DNA of 64,000 nt from Endomicrobiales bacterium (lineage in GTDB: Bacteria > Elusimicrobiota > Endomicrobiia > Endomicrobiales > CAWCFT01): positions 64,001-128,000 of the forward strand of contig CAWCFT010000011.1 in assembly GCA_963794945.1 (NCBI GenBank), written 5' to 3'. Of this stretch, positions 42,106 through 52,871 are shown in pieces. The stretch's first letter is position 1. The number at the start of each line of letters is the position of its first letter. The notes beneath the pieces were generated by a model. It was not told the DNA's origin and did not search any database. It worked only from the letters and a program-made list of their open reading frames with translations. The translations under genes were made by a program, and so were the position numbers.

Positions 42106-43469
42106 ACACCAATAACAAAATCATATTATTAACCACTATATTTATTGCAATTTCAACGTGTATTTGCTCAGCGGACGTGCCCATGCTCAGCCTTGAACTT
42201 GGCGACTGCGAAACGAACGCAAAAAACAGTTCTCCTCAGTTAAAAAGCCTTGTGTATGAGCAGTCGGCCGCCGAAATGCGGGCTCAAGAGCTTAAAACTC
42301 AGTATTACCCGACACTGAGTTTTGACGGGAGCTATAAATATTTATCTGAAATACAGGAAGTGGTTGTTCCAATACGCGGGTTCGGCTCACTGCAGTTGGG
42401 AGAACATGATAATTATTCAGTCGGGCCCACGCTTGCCTGGACAGCTTTGGATTTTGGCGCGCGTTCAGGCTCATACAGAAGCGCCTTTGCCGCGGCAGAA
42501 GCCAAAAAACTGCAGGCACAGGCCGCTGAAAGCCGGTTGCTTCTTGACGCAAGGTCTGCCTATTTCCGTGTAGCTCTGGCCGGTGAGCAGGTAACGCTCT
42601 ATGCCGATTCCCTAAAGCTTGCTAACGCGCAGTATAACGATATAAAGATAAACGTTCATGCCGGCACAAGGAGCCTTTTGGATGAGCTTTCCGCTCATCA
42701 GGAAGTGCTTACAAGGATGAAGCAGTTAAGGCAGGCGCGCGCTGATATGGCTTCGGCACTCAGGGACTTGGCCGCCATTACAGGGCAGGATTACGCCTGC
42801 GATGTTTCAGCCCCCCTGGATGCCAGAGCAGCCGGCACATTGCCGGATTCTGTTTCCGGGCCGACCTCTATTGTGAAGCTCGAAAGCATAGATTCGCTTC
42901 TTGACAAGTTCGAGCCCTACGCTAAAACGAGACTGAACGATAACCATCCCGGAATCAAAACGTATTCAAAATCAGAGGAATCCGCTATTTTTGCCAAGCG
43001 CGGTATCGAGGCCGACAAATGGCCTAAGGTTCAGCTTTCGGCTAGGTCATCACTCGAATATCCTAACGGCAACCAGGCAGTCGATTATAACCAGAACGCC
43101 TTAGGCGTCACTCTCAACTGGACGCTTTTTGAGTCCGGGCTTACTAATAAACGCGCGGCTGAACAAGAGAGCGAAAGCCGTTCAGCTGGCGAACTGGAGA
43201 AACAAGCCAGGACTGACTACTCGCGCGACTGGAACAAGACCACGGACCAGCTTTTAAACCTTGAAGAACAAAGAAAAATCAATGATATTTCGGTTTCTGA
43301 GTCCGCGCAACTGGCAGACATTACTTATAAATCTTACAATGCTGGTTCAGCCACCTACCTAGAGGTAGAGGACGCGAACTTTAAATCTCTTGAGGCTAAG
43401 ATCGATTCGGCTACGACCAAGGTTCAGATACTGTTGAACCTTGCAACGTTAGCAAGCCTCAGCGAATAA
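42102..43469 (+). CDS. TolC family protein
   Basis: Signal peptide, OEP repeats, YNAGSATYLEV. Confidence 0.88.
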   Translation: MNTNNKIILLTTIFIAISTCICSADVPMLSLELGDCETNAKNSSPQLKSLVYEQSAAEMRAQELKTQYYPTLSFDGSYKYLSEIQEVVVPIRGFGSLQLGEHDNYSVGPTLAWTALDFGARSGSYRSAFAAAEAKKLQAQAAESRLLLDARSAYFRVALAGEQVTLYADSLKLANAQYNDIKINVHAGTRSLLDELSAHQEVLTRMKQLRQARADMASALRDLAAITGQDYACDVSAPLDARAAGTLPDSVSGPTSIVKLESIDSLLDKFEPYAKTRLNDNHPGIKTYSKSEESAIFAKRGIEADKWPKVQLSARSSLEYPNGNQAVDYNQNALGVTLNWTLFESGLTNKRAAEQESESRSAGELEKQARTDYSRDWNKTTDQLLNLEEQRKINDISVSESAQLADITYKSYNAGSATYLEVEDANFKSLEAKIDSATTKVQILLNLATLASLSE

Positions 43470-43471
43470 GA

Positions 43472-43570
43472 CAATATCGAATTTCTAAGCCCGAAATTCT
43501 AAAAAACGAAGTTGAGGTATTTTTTATTTTAAATATTTGAAGTTGGTGTTTTTTTCGGATTTAGAAATTG
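43472..43570. repeat. Intergenic imperfect inverted-repeat element
   Basis: AATTTCTAAGCCCGAAA ... TTTCGGATTTAGAAATT. Confidence 0.6.
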
Positions 43571-43589
43571 CTGTTTCCTTGGAGGACAC

Positions 43590-44322
43590 ATGAACAAAAA
43601 AGTAGTAATCCCCATCATTATTGTTGCTATAGCCGCTGCGGCGGTTGGTATTTTTCTCTTGAAAAGCAGCAACTTTACTTACGCGGGTACTGTTGAAGCG
43701 ACCGAAGTTGACCTTTCTTCAAGGCTGACAGGAGTAATAGCATCAGTGAAAGTGCGCGAGGGCGACAAGGTATCCGCGAACGAACAGCTTGTGAGTTTAT
43801 CAGTTGATGATATCCGCGTAGCCGGCTGAAGCCGCAGAGAGCGACTACAAACGCGCGGTCGAGCTTCTTTCCGCAGGTTCAATGAACAGGGAAGCGTATG
43901 ACAAGCTCAAATTCAAATGGGAAGACGCAGAAGTACGTCTTGGCTGGAGCAGTATCAAGTCACCGCTTGACGGCACCGTGCTGACCCGATACCACGAGCC
44001 CGGCGAGATGGTCAACCCAGGCACCAAGCTCCTTACGATAGCCGACCTAAAACATCCCTGGGCCTATGTCTATGTTCCCCAGCCGATGCTTTCCAAGTTA
44101 TCGATCGGTATGAAGGTAAATGGGTTCGTCCCGGACGACAGGAACAGGGCTGTCTCAGGAAAGATCGAACATATTAACGATGAGGCAGAGTTCACGCCTA
44201 AGAACGTACAAACAAGAAAGGAAAGGACGCGTCTCGTTTTCGGGATCAAGGTGGCCTTTATAAATGACGATGAATTCCTAAAACCAGGGATGACGGTCGA
44301 AGTTACTCTTCCGGAGAAATAA
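43590..44322 (+). CDS. HlyD/YbhG-like membrane fusion protein; frameshift near 43825
   Basis: IKSPLDGTV, AEFTPKNVQTRKERTRLVF, LKPGM. Confidence 0.88.
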
Positions 44323-44331
44323 TAAGTCCAA

Positions 44332-45097
44332 ATGGATACAATAAAACCAAAGAATATTGGCATTGAAATCTCCGGTTTAACCAAGAGCTTCGGCAAGACA
44401 AAAGCCCTAGACGGTATCACTATAAAAGTTGAACCCGGCGCTCTCAACGGGTTTATCGGGCCGGACGGCGCCGGCAAGACAACGCTTTTTCGTTTGCTAG
44501 CGGGCCTCCTGCGTCCGGACAGCGGGAACATAGGCTTCACCTCCGAAGGCAGCGGCATCCCGTTCGACAACATTCGCCCTTCGCTTTCCTATATGCCGTC
44601 AAAACAGAGCCTTTATCCAGACCTTTCCATCGACGAACACCTAATTTTCTTCAGGGACCTTTACAGCCTCAAAGAGAGCGACTTTAAAGCCAGGTCCGCG
44701 GAACTGCTAGAGATCACGCGCCTTGAAAAGTTCAGGTCAAGGAAGATCGGAAAACTATCCGGCGGGATGTACAAGAAAGTGGGGCTCATGTGTGCCATGC
44801 TGCAGTCCCCCTCCATGATGCTTCTTGACGAGCCCACGAACGGCGTTGACCCTATCAGCCGCAGGGAGTTCTGGGACCTTCTTCACAGGTTGTCTCGAAC
44901 AGAAAATACTGATACTTATATCAACTTCATATATGGACGAAGCCGAGCGCTGCTCTGCTGTTCACCTGATGGACACGGGGAAGGTCATAACGAGTGGCAC
45001 GCCTGACTCCATCCTTTCGCGCGAAAAAGCCGAAGGATTCGATGCGATATTCATAAAAATGGATAAACACGAACACCATCATGAACGAACATCTTAA
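44332..45097 (+). CDS. ABC transporter ATP-binding protein (YbhF N-half-like); frameshift near 44895
   Basis: GPDGAGKTT, LSGGM, LLDEPTNGVDP, ISTSYMDEAERC. Confidence 0.9.
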
Positions 45098-45105
45098 ATA
45101 GCATC

Positions 45106-45939
45106 ATGAATGCGGTAAATAATATGGATACTAACAGTTTTTCTAACGATGATATACCAACACAAAATATGACTATACCCAACGCTGTGAAAACGGTTGA
45201 GCTGGACAAACTCACGGTCAAGTTCGGTGATTTTACAGCTGTCAAAGAGCTGACGCTTAGCGTAGACAAAGGCGAGATATTCGGGTTCCTAGGCGCCAAC
45301 GGAGCCGGTAAAACCACCGCCATCCGCGTTATGTGCGGGCTTTTACTGCCTACAAGCGGGGATGTGCGGATAGCCGGGCTTGATTTCTCGCACGGCAAAA
45401 ACGCAATTAAACGCAAAGTCGGTTATATGTCGCAAAAGTTCACGCTGTATGACGACCTTACAGTTATGGAGAATTTGAACTTCAAATCCGCTATCAGAAA
45501 AATACCCGAGAGCGTATCCAGAGAACGGATTGATTCCATATTCGAGTTCATCGAGTACGATTACGGGCGTGACACTATGGTGCGCGACCTCCCCGCCGGC
45601 GTCAAACAGCAGGTTTCGCTCGCCGCAACACTTATACACGACCCGGAAATTGTTTTCCTCGATGAGCCGACATCGGGTGTTTCGCCGGCAGTGCGCGCAA
45701 GGTTCTGGTCGCTCATCCGGCGGCTCGCCAAAGAAGGAAAGACTGTTTTTGTGACAACTCATTACATGGACGAAGCTGAAGAGTGCGGAAGGATTGCCCT
45801 AATGAGGACAGGAAAGCTGATAGCCCTCGGAAGCCCTTGCCAGCTTGAAAAAGAAGCCTACCCGGACGGCCTTCCGAGCGGCAAGAAAGCGACGCTAGAG
45901 GACGTTTTCCTAAAGCTTGTGGAAGGTGACGAGAGATAA
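45106..45939 (+). CDS. ABC transporter ATP-binding protein (YbhF C-half-like)
   Basis: GANGAGKTT, GYMSQKF, FLDEPTSGV, VTTHYMDEAE. Confidence 0.92.
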   Translation: MNAVNNMDTNSFSNDDIPTQNMTIPNAVKTVELDKLTVKFGDFTAVKELTLSVDKGEIFGFLGANGAGKTTAIRVMCGLLLPTSGDVRIAGLDFSHGKNAIKRKVGYMSQKFTLYDDLTVMENLNFKSAIRKIPESVSRERIDSIFEFIEYDYGRDTMVRDLPAGVKQQVSLAATLIHDPEIVFLDEPTSGVSPAVRARFWSLIRRLAKEGKTVFVTTHYMDEAEECGRIALMRTGKLIALGSPCQLEKEAYPDGLPSGKKATLEDVFLKLVEGDER

Positions 45940-45984
45940 AGCAATATCAAATATCAAGAATCAAAAATATCAAATAGAAATGAA

Positions 45985-46518
45985 CCTCCGCGCAGCAAGA
46001 CTGCGCGGTATCAAAGGTCAAAGAAATTGAAGAGCTGTAGTTGCTTTATTTGCTCTTTGTTTCCCTGCTTTGCAACGTAGGCGCGAATCACTTCTTTATT
46101 GCCGCCTTCTCCTACTGTTGCTACAAAGTATCCGTCGCTCCAGAGTTCGCCGCCCCAAAGTTCCTTCTTTAACTCTGGATGTCTCCGGAAAAGCTCTCTC
46201 GCTGTCAAGCTTTTGATTAGTCTTATTACTTGTCCTGGCGAGAACTTTGGCGCTACGCTTATCAGATAGTGGACGTGATTCGCGTCTATCCCTATCTGCT
46301 CAAACTCTATCTCGTAGCGCTCTTCAATTTCTTTGCTTATTTCAACGAGGCTATGACAGCGGTCAGAATGCCCGAATATAGCCTTCCTATATTTGACTGG
46401 CGTTACAAAATGATAGTGTATCTGATACCCACTGTGCTCTGTCTTTTTGACCGCTCTCATAGCCTCTATTATACCTTAGCGGTAACCCCGCAGCAAGACT
46501 GCGGGGAATGGTCAAGTT
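45985..46518 (-). mobile_element. IS200-type element (tnpA only) with subterminal hairpins
   Basis: Hairpins CCGCGCAG-caaga-CTGCGCGG (45988-46008) and CCCCGCAG-caaga-CTGCGGGG (46486-46506) flank the transposase; exact ends uncertain. Confidence 0.85.
46011..46460 (-). CDS. tnpA: IS200/IS605 family Y1 (HUH) transposase
   Basis: YHFVTPVKYR, NHVH, LWGGELWSDGYF, IRAYVAKQ. Confidence 0.95.
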   Translation of the reverse strand: MRAVKKTEHSGYQIHYHFVTPVKYRKAIFGHSDRCHSLVEISKEIEERYEIEFEQIGIDANHVHYLISVAPKFSPGQVIRLIKSLTARELFRRHPELKKELWGGELWSDGYFVATVGEGGNKEVIRAYVAKQGNKEQIKQLQLFNFFDL

Positions 46519-46615
46519 CAAACTCAAATACTGAGAGTTTTATATTAAAGACCTTAACCTTGATTTTGATATTTGATGTTTGATTTTTGATACAGTAATA
46601 CAATAAGGAAATAAA

Positions 46616-47726
46616 ATGAAACTTTCACGGGTTCTTGCAATCGCCAGGAAAGAAGTGATGCACATACTCCGCGACCCGTTCACGGCCGGCATGGCGCTTG
46701 GCTTGCCCATAATACTTGTGGTATATTTCGGTTTCGCTATAGATTTTGATTTCAGGAACGTGAAACTGGCTCTTTATGATTTCGACAATACTCGCCAATC
46801 AAGAGAGCTCGCCGACGTTTTCCTCGCGTTCTGGCTATTTCAATCTTGACAAGGGCGAATATCCGGGCGGCATGCTTAGAGAAGTAGAAACCGAAAAAGA
46901 TTTTGGTTCGATCGTTATCTCTCCCGAGTTCGGCAGGAAAATAGCTTCAGAAAAAACCGGCAACGTGCAGATACTTATAGATGGCTCTGACAACCAGAAG
47001 ACCGGCATTATAACTAGATATATCGGTTCGATCCAACAGGCGGTTTCCACGCGTATTTCCGGCCAGCAACCAAAAGCGCCTTTTGAGCTGCGCACCAGGT
47101 TCCTTTATAACCCTGAGCTGAACACGCAATGGTTCATTGTTCCAGGCCTTATTGTGATAGTCGTTGGCATCTTATCGATCCTTATGACTTCTCTCACTGT
47201 CGCCAGGGAGTGGGAGAACGGGTCTATGGAGCTTCTGTTATCGACACCCGTGGAACCGATGGAGATAGTCCTCGGAAAGATACTGCCTTATGTCGGTATC
47301 GGCCTCATCGGGACGGTGCTGGTTTATACAACAGCCCGCCTTGTGTTCGGCGTGCCTTTCGAGGGCAGCCACCTGCTGTTGATACTTGCCGTACTTATAT
47401 TTATTGTAGCTTCCCTAGCGCAGGGCATATTGATCTCTGTAACGATGCGCCAGCAGAGCAGGTCTATGCAGCTGTCATTTATAAGCGGCTTCCTGCCATC
47501 ACTGCTGCTTTCGGGGTTCATATTCCCGGTCGAGAGTATGCCGCTTTTTTTCCGCTGCCTTACGGCCCTGCTTGCCCCGAGATGGTTCATGAACATAATA
47601 AGGGCCCTTTTCCTGAAAGGCTCGAACCTGTTCGAGCTGGCTGTCCCTTTCACCGCGCTTATTTTATTGAGCCTCATTCCCATTATAGCCGCCTCCAAAC
47701 GTTTCAAAAAGGACCTTGAACCATGA
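46616..47726 (+). CDS. ABC-2 type permease (YbhS-like); frameshift near 46825
   Basis: IARKEVMHILRD, YNPEL, VAREWENGSME, LLSGFIFP. Confidence 0.9.
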
Positions 47727-48826
47727 AAAAAGTCCTTCTCGGTTTTATCAAAAAGGAATTTGCCCAAACGCTGAGGGACCCGGTAATGAGGGTCTTTCTT
47801 TTCGTTGCGCCAGTTATACAGCTTTGTATTTTCGGCTTCGCCATCAACACCGACTTTAAGAATATCAACCTTGCAGTTATGCACTCGCCGTCCGACCTAA
47901 CCGCGAGCCGGCTTTCCGACAGGATATACGCCACCGGCTGGTTCAACCGTATCGATACTACGCAAGAAACTGACCCGGTTGAGCTGATGCAGTCGGGCAA
48001 AGCCGATGCCGTGCTGGTCGCGCCCGCCCGCGGGATAGACCACGATGCCGCCAGGGGGCCTGCCGTTATACAATTGTTAATTGACGCGCAGAACGCGACT
48101 AAAGCGCGTGCAATAGAATCCTACATCCAGAGCATAGCGGCAATGTTCATTTCCGAAAATTTCCCGGGCTCCCAAAGCCCCGCGCAGGTTGTTTTTGACG
48201 TCAGGGTGCTTTACAACCCGGCCCTGGAAACCCCTATATTCATGATACCTGGAATCATGACACTTATCATGTGCCTCGCAACGGTTATGCTTACAAGCAT
48301 GTCAATAGCGCGGGAAAAGGAACTGGGCACCTTCGAGAGCATAATCGCCGCCCCGCTTGGGAACATGGAGATAATACTAGGCAAAACTATACCGTTCATA
48401 ATAATCGGCCTGATAGATGCGGTATTCATAATGTCCGCTGGCATGCTGATATTCGGAGTTCCAATGAGAGGGTCATTCTTGCTTCTATTTATGGCGACAC
48501 TTGTATTCGTCTGCACGACCGTCAGCATAGGCACGCTGATATCCACGTTCGCCGCGAACCAGCAGCAGGCGATGATGGGCACGTTCCTTTTTGTTTTCCC
48601 TGCCATGCTGATGTCAGGCGTGTTCTTCCCGCTTGAGAACATGCCGCTGGCTCTAAAGTTCTTTTCTTATATCGATCCCCTCAGGTATTTTATTATCATG
48701 CTCAGGAGCGTCATGCTAAAAGGCAACATTCCCGGAGTGTACTTCCCGAACTTAGTTATACTTGTTGCTATGATGTTCACGGCCGTGTATATAGCCGCCC
48801 AACGCTTCCGCCAGACGCTCAACTAA
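47723..48826 (+). CDS. ABC-2 type permease (YbhR-like)
   Basis: KKEFAQTLRD, YNPAL, AREKELGTFE, LMSGVFFPLENMP. Confidence 0.92.
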   Translation: MKKVLLGFIKKEFAQTLRDPVMRVFLFVAPVIQLCIFGFAINTDFKNINLAVMHSPSDLTASRLSDRIYATGWFNRIDTTQETDPVELMQSGKADAVLVAPARGIDHDAARGPAVIQLLIDAQNATKARAIESYIQSIAAMFISENFPGSQSPAQVVFDVRVLYNPALETPIFMIPGIMTLIMCLATVMLTSMSIAREKELGTFESIIAAPLGNMEIILGKTIPFIIIGLIDAVFIMSAGMLIFGVPMRGSFLLLFMATLVFVCTTVSIGTLISTFAANQQQAMMGTFLFVFPAMLMSGVFFPLENMPLALKFFSYIDPLRYFIIMLRSVMLKGNIPGVYFPNLVILVAMMFTAVYIAAQRFRQTLN

Positions 48827-48933
48827 AGATAAAAAGTATATCAAACACGTTCCTTGCTGGCAAAATAAATACAATGACTGTACCACCGAGTTGAACGCCC
48901 GGATCCAAGCTTTTAAACTATTGATTTATTGCC

Positions 48934-50631
48934 TTAATATAACTGATATATGGTATAAATTACGGTTCCATCAAATGACTTAACAACGCCAAACGTGTCA
49001 AAATGCATTTTTTTATCCCTGGCAAAATCTTGCAGGTATTGGCGAATGTTATCATAGGGACGTTTCCCCGGGAGTGAAATGTCCCTTGAAAACTCCAACG
49101 ATGGAACAATTTCTTCAAATACAAAATAAGCCTTATCGTTGCGTGCCGCTTTTGATGTCATTTTTTCTGTAAACATTTTTTTCACTGTAAATCTTAATGG
49201 ATAATACTGTTGGACATCCCCTTTAGTGACTATAATTATCTTTCCATACAGGCTGTTATTTACAACAGTTACTGGGCAAAGATTATTATATTTAATATAA
49301 CCTGCCAACCGCTCGACACTGTTTTCAATGACGCCTATATGCTCTGTATCTCTTTTAATCTCTGCTTCATATGCCATAAGTATGTTTACTTTTGCCGCAA
49401 TTATCATCACAAAGATTAATACAGCCGAAACTCTAATAACTCCTTTCATCACACTGCTTCCGTTGTCCTTATACGAGCCTGATATTTTATATAAGTTATA
49501 TACAAACAGAGCGAGTACAAACTGTTGCAAAGGCTGCATTAATGCCAGGTGACTAAACCTCATGGATCCCGGAGAAAAAAAAGTCGTTAAAAATGTAGCT
49601 AGATAGAAAATATAAATAAATATGATTATTTTTGTGTTACTATTTCTATGGATATACAACACACACAAGTTAAATATAAATCCAGCCCAGAAAAGAATGA
49701 ATAATATTTCCCTGAATATTTGCACCATATAAAACTTCGAAATGCCATCGTCTTTTAACAACTCAAATAGATGCCCAACCCTCAGTTTAATATGTTCCAA
49801 TAAATCCATGTTGCTGATGCCTGCCCACGTTCTTTCATTTGAAAATAAATATTTTACAAGCTTTAAAGTATTGCCACCGGTTACAAAGTTATAATACAAC
49901 ATCATAAATGCCCCTGCAGAGAAGGCCATTACAAGCAGAATTAACTGCACTTTATTGAACTCCTTGTATTTTTCCATTATCTTTCTGCGATACACAATCA
50001 GACCTGCTACAATACCCCCAAAATAATAAGAAAATGCGGACAGCTTTATGCTTGAGCATGACCCAAGAATTATTACCGCTATAAACAGATAAATAAAACT
50101 ATTATTCTGCTTGTACATCATATAAGACAAAACAGCAAATATTAAAAAAATGAATATCAAATGCTCATCCGTAATTAATGTAAAAGAAGAAAAATATGCG
50201 AAGGAAGCGCTTAAGGAAAGGAATAATGCAGTAACAAAGGCAAACTCGCTGTCAAAAAGTTTCTTTAACGCATAAAACAATGCTATCAATCCGATATATG
50301 ATATAAAAATAAAAATCATTTTAAACGTATATATACTTATGCCAAACAACCCGAAAAATGGAAGCACGATAAATGACGGAAGTGAAAATTGAAAATTTCT
50401 ATAGTGCTTCATAGGTATACCATAACAGTCCACCGGTATACTGTTCCCAAATAACTTAATAGAGACACTTGCCCAGCAGTCAAGTTGTTTACCTTGCAAA
50501 ACATTTATGGCAAACTGCCCGAAAACAAGCTCGTCTTTACATGCATCAAGGTATTTAATATTGGGGAGTGCTGGCAGCAAAAATACCGCCGTCAGCAACA
50601 TGAGCATGATGGGTTCTTTTAGATATTTCAT
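48934..50631 (-). CDS. GT-C fold membrane glycosyltransferase (ArnT/PMT-like)
   Basis: Early DE motif after TM1, many TM helices; visibly AT-rich relative to neighbours. Confidence 0.6.
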   Translation of the reverse strand: MKYLKEPIMLMLLTAVFLLPALPNIKYLDACKDELVFGQFAINVLQGKQLDCWASVSIKLFGNSIPVDCYGIPMKHYRNFQFSLPSFIVLPFFGLFGISIYTFKMIFIFISYIGLIALFYALKKLFDSEFAFVTALFLSLSASFAYFSSFTLITDEHLIFIFLIFAVLSYMMYKQNNSFIYLFIAVIILGSCSSIKLSAFSYYFGGIVAGLIVYRRKIMEKYKEFNKVQLILLVMAFSAGAFMMLYYNFVTGGNTLKLVKYLFSNERTWAGISNMDLLEHIKLRVGHLFELLKDDGISKFYMVQIFREILFILFWAGFIFNLCVLYIHRNSNTKIIIFIYIFYLATFLTTFFSPGSMRFSHLALMQPLQQFVLALFVYNLYKISGSYKDNGSSVMKGVIRVSAVLIFVMIIAAKVNILMAYEAEIKRDTEHIGVIENSVERLAGYIKYNNLCPVTVVNNSLYGKIIIVTKGDVQQYYPLRFTVKKMFTEKMTSKAARNDKAYFVFEEIVPSLEFSRDISLPGKRPYDNIRQYLQDFARDKKMHFDTFGVVKSFDGTVIYTIYQLY

Positions 50632-50839
50632 TGCCTAAAGTTCAATAGTTTAACGATGATGGAGTATAATGGGCAAGTCCATGGCACAAAATTGTGGTGC
50701 ACTGTCCGCCGTTTCTGGCATAAACTCAATTAACGGCAAATCATTAACCAATAATTAAATATTAAATTGCTGCGCTATTATGCCGTCTTTGGCGGCCAAG
50801 CCTGCCGCGGGCAAACACCGATATTTTGATATTTGATTC

Positions 50840-52801
50840 TTATTTATCGCTCGTCTTCGCTATCGACAGCGCGACCACACTCGCAAACGATTCCAATAAC
50901 TGATCCTGTTCAGATGTTAGTGATTCATCAGGTTCTTTGGTTCTTAAACCGATAACACCAATTGTTTTGTCTTTCAACTTAAGAGGTATATAGTACCAGG
51001 CCGCTGATGCCAAGGTCTTCGTACTTTTCCCCGCGGGCTGGCCGTTAGCGTACACCCACGCCGCGACGGCAGTTTCGGAAGTGCTAAGAGTTATATCCTG
51101 CCTGCTTTTTTCCTTAACCCTCACCCACCCCGAGCCATCCGGCAGGAATATACCCACATCGCTTTCGAAAGCTTCTGAAATGCTCTTTACCGCTCGCGCC
51201 AGTATCTCATCCAACCCTTCAGCCGCCATTATGGCCCTGCTGAACGTGTAGAGCGAATACACGAACCTTTCCCTGTGTCGGGATCCTTCCGCTTCCTGGC
51301 GCACCGACTTTGCCAGATAGCTAGTTATCACGGACACCAGAATGAACACTATAAAACTCGGGAGATAACGTATATCCGTAACCCTGAAAGTTAGGTATGG
51401 CGGCACAAAGAAGAAATCAAACGACGCCACAGCGACAAGCGACGCGAACATTCCCACCCTTATTCCCCAGAGTAATCCGCTTGCTATAGCCGGCAGCAAA
51501 AGAAGCATCCCGATATTTACGGGCTCGAAATTTGTCCGCATCATCCAGCCCAGCGCTATCGTTACAGCTATCGCGCAAAAACTCGCGGCGTAGGCCTTAA
51601 GGTCGATCTTACGCATTGGCGGGATCTTAATTTTGCTTTCTTCTTCTTCGGCCTTTGTGCCGGCGATTAGAACGTTTATCGGGCCGCTTTTATTTATCAG
51701 GGTATCCAGTACCGACCCTTTCAGCATCCTGTCTATAAAGTTCCTTCTAGACGGCCCCGCAACGATAAGGGTAACGTTCTTTTCCCGCGCAAAACCCAGT
51801 ATCTCGTCTGCCACGTTACTGCCGCTTAACGAAACGACCTGCGCGCCCAGCTCTTCCGCGAGCCGAATATTCTTGTCCATCTGCAGCCTGGCTTTTTCGT
51901 CTGTTTCGAGCTGCTGAGGAGACTCGACATAAACAGCGAACCACTCGGCGTCAAGGTCCTGCGCCATGCGGTGGGTGAACCTGAGCAGCCTGTCCGATGA
52001 AGAGCTCGCTGTAATTCCTACAAGAAGGCGCGAGCCCACGGGCCATGGGCCGGATACGGCGTGTTTTGCCATGTAAGAGCGTGCATCTTCATCTACGTGT
52101 TTCGCTGTGTAGTGCAGTGACAGCTCGCGCAGCGCCAGCAGGTTACTTTTCTTAAAGAACTGGCGTATCGCCTGCTCGGCTTTTTTAGGTATATATACCT
52201 TGCCGTCTTTTAGCCTCTCAATGAGCTTTTCCGGAGTTAGGTCCACCAGCTCGACTTCGTCAGCGAGCTCCAGTATCCTGTCTGGAACGGTCTCCGAGAC
52301 TTTTACACCGGACGTTTGCAGCACGACGTCGAGAAGGCTTTCTATATGCTGGATATTGAGTGTGGTAAAAACATCTATACCAGCCTTGAGAAGCTCTTCA
52401 ACATCCTGATACCGCTTTTCATGCCTTGAGCCTGGAGCATTAGTGTGGGCAAGTTCGTCAACAAGGGCTATAGCCGGTTTGCGGGCGAGCATGGCGTCTA
52501 TATCCATCTCTTCAAGCGATATTCCCGAATATTCGATTTTTTTCAGAGGAACTGTTTCAAGGCCGGCAAGGAGCGCCTCGGTCTCTTTTCTTCCGTGAGT
52601 CATTGCCATTCCTATTACAACGTCAACACCGTTCTTACTGTTAGCGCCCGCTTCCTGGAGCATGCGGTATGTTTTTCCCACACCGGGGCAATAACCTAGG
52701 AATACTTTAAGCTTTCCGTTTTTTTTCGGGCCGGGGCTGTCAGTTTCATCCTCTTTAATTTGCGCCAGGAGCTCGTCCGGATTTTGTCTTTTTTCTTCCA
52801 T
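50840..52801 (-). CDS. kdpD: KdpD sensor half: KdpD N-domain, USP, 4TM (DUF4118), GAF; no kinase domains
   Basis: GKLKVFLGYCPGVGKTY, LVDELAHTN, RELSL, FDFFFVPPY; ends after GAF with no H-box. Confidence 0.9.
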   Translation of the reverse strand: MEEKRQNPDELLAQIKEDETDSPGPKKNGKLKVFLGYCPGVGKTYRMLQEAGANSKNGVDVVIGMAMTHGRKETEALLAGLETVPLKKIEYSGISLEEMDIDAMLARKPAIALVDELAHTNAPGSRHEKRYQDVEELLKAGIDVFTTLNIQHIESLLDVVLQTSGVKVSETVPDRILELADEVELVDLTPEKLIERLKDGKVYIPKKAEQAIRQFFKKSNLLALRELSLHYTAKHVDEDARSYMAKHAVSGPWPVGSRLLVGITASSSSDRLLRFTHRMAQDLDAEWFAVYVESPQQLETDEKARLQMDKNIRLAEELGAQVVSLSGSNVADEILGFAREKNVTLIVAGPSRRNFIDRMLKGSVLDTLINKSGPINVLIAGTKAEEEESKIKIPPMRKIDLKAYAASFCAIAVTIALGWMMRTNFEPVNIGMLLLLPAIASGLLWGIRVGMFASLVAVASFDFFFVPPYLTFRVTDIRYLPSFIVFILVSVITSYLAKSVRQEAEGSRHRERFVYSLYTFSRAIMAAEGLDEILARAVKSISEAFESDVGIFLPDGSGWVRVKEKSRQDITLSTSETAVAAWVYANGQPAGKSTKTLASAAWYYIPLKLKDKTIGVIGLRTKEPDESLTSEQDQLLESFASVVALSIAKTSDK

Positions 52802-52871
52802 GCTGATTATCCCTTTTGTGTTCTGTCTAGGCACTATTATATATATTTGAACTAATTTAAGGAAGCCGTAA

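Noticed and set aside
46011..46600. TnpB/IscB nuclease or omega-RNA associated with the IS200
   Set aside because: The element is only ~530 bp, with tnpA directly bounded by both hairpins.
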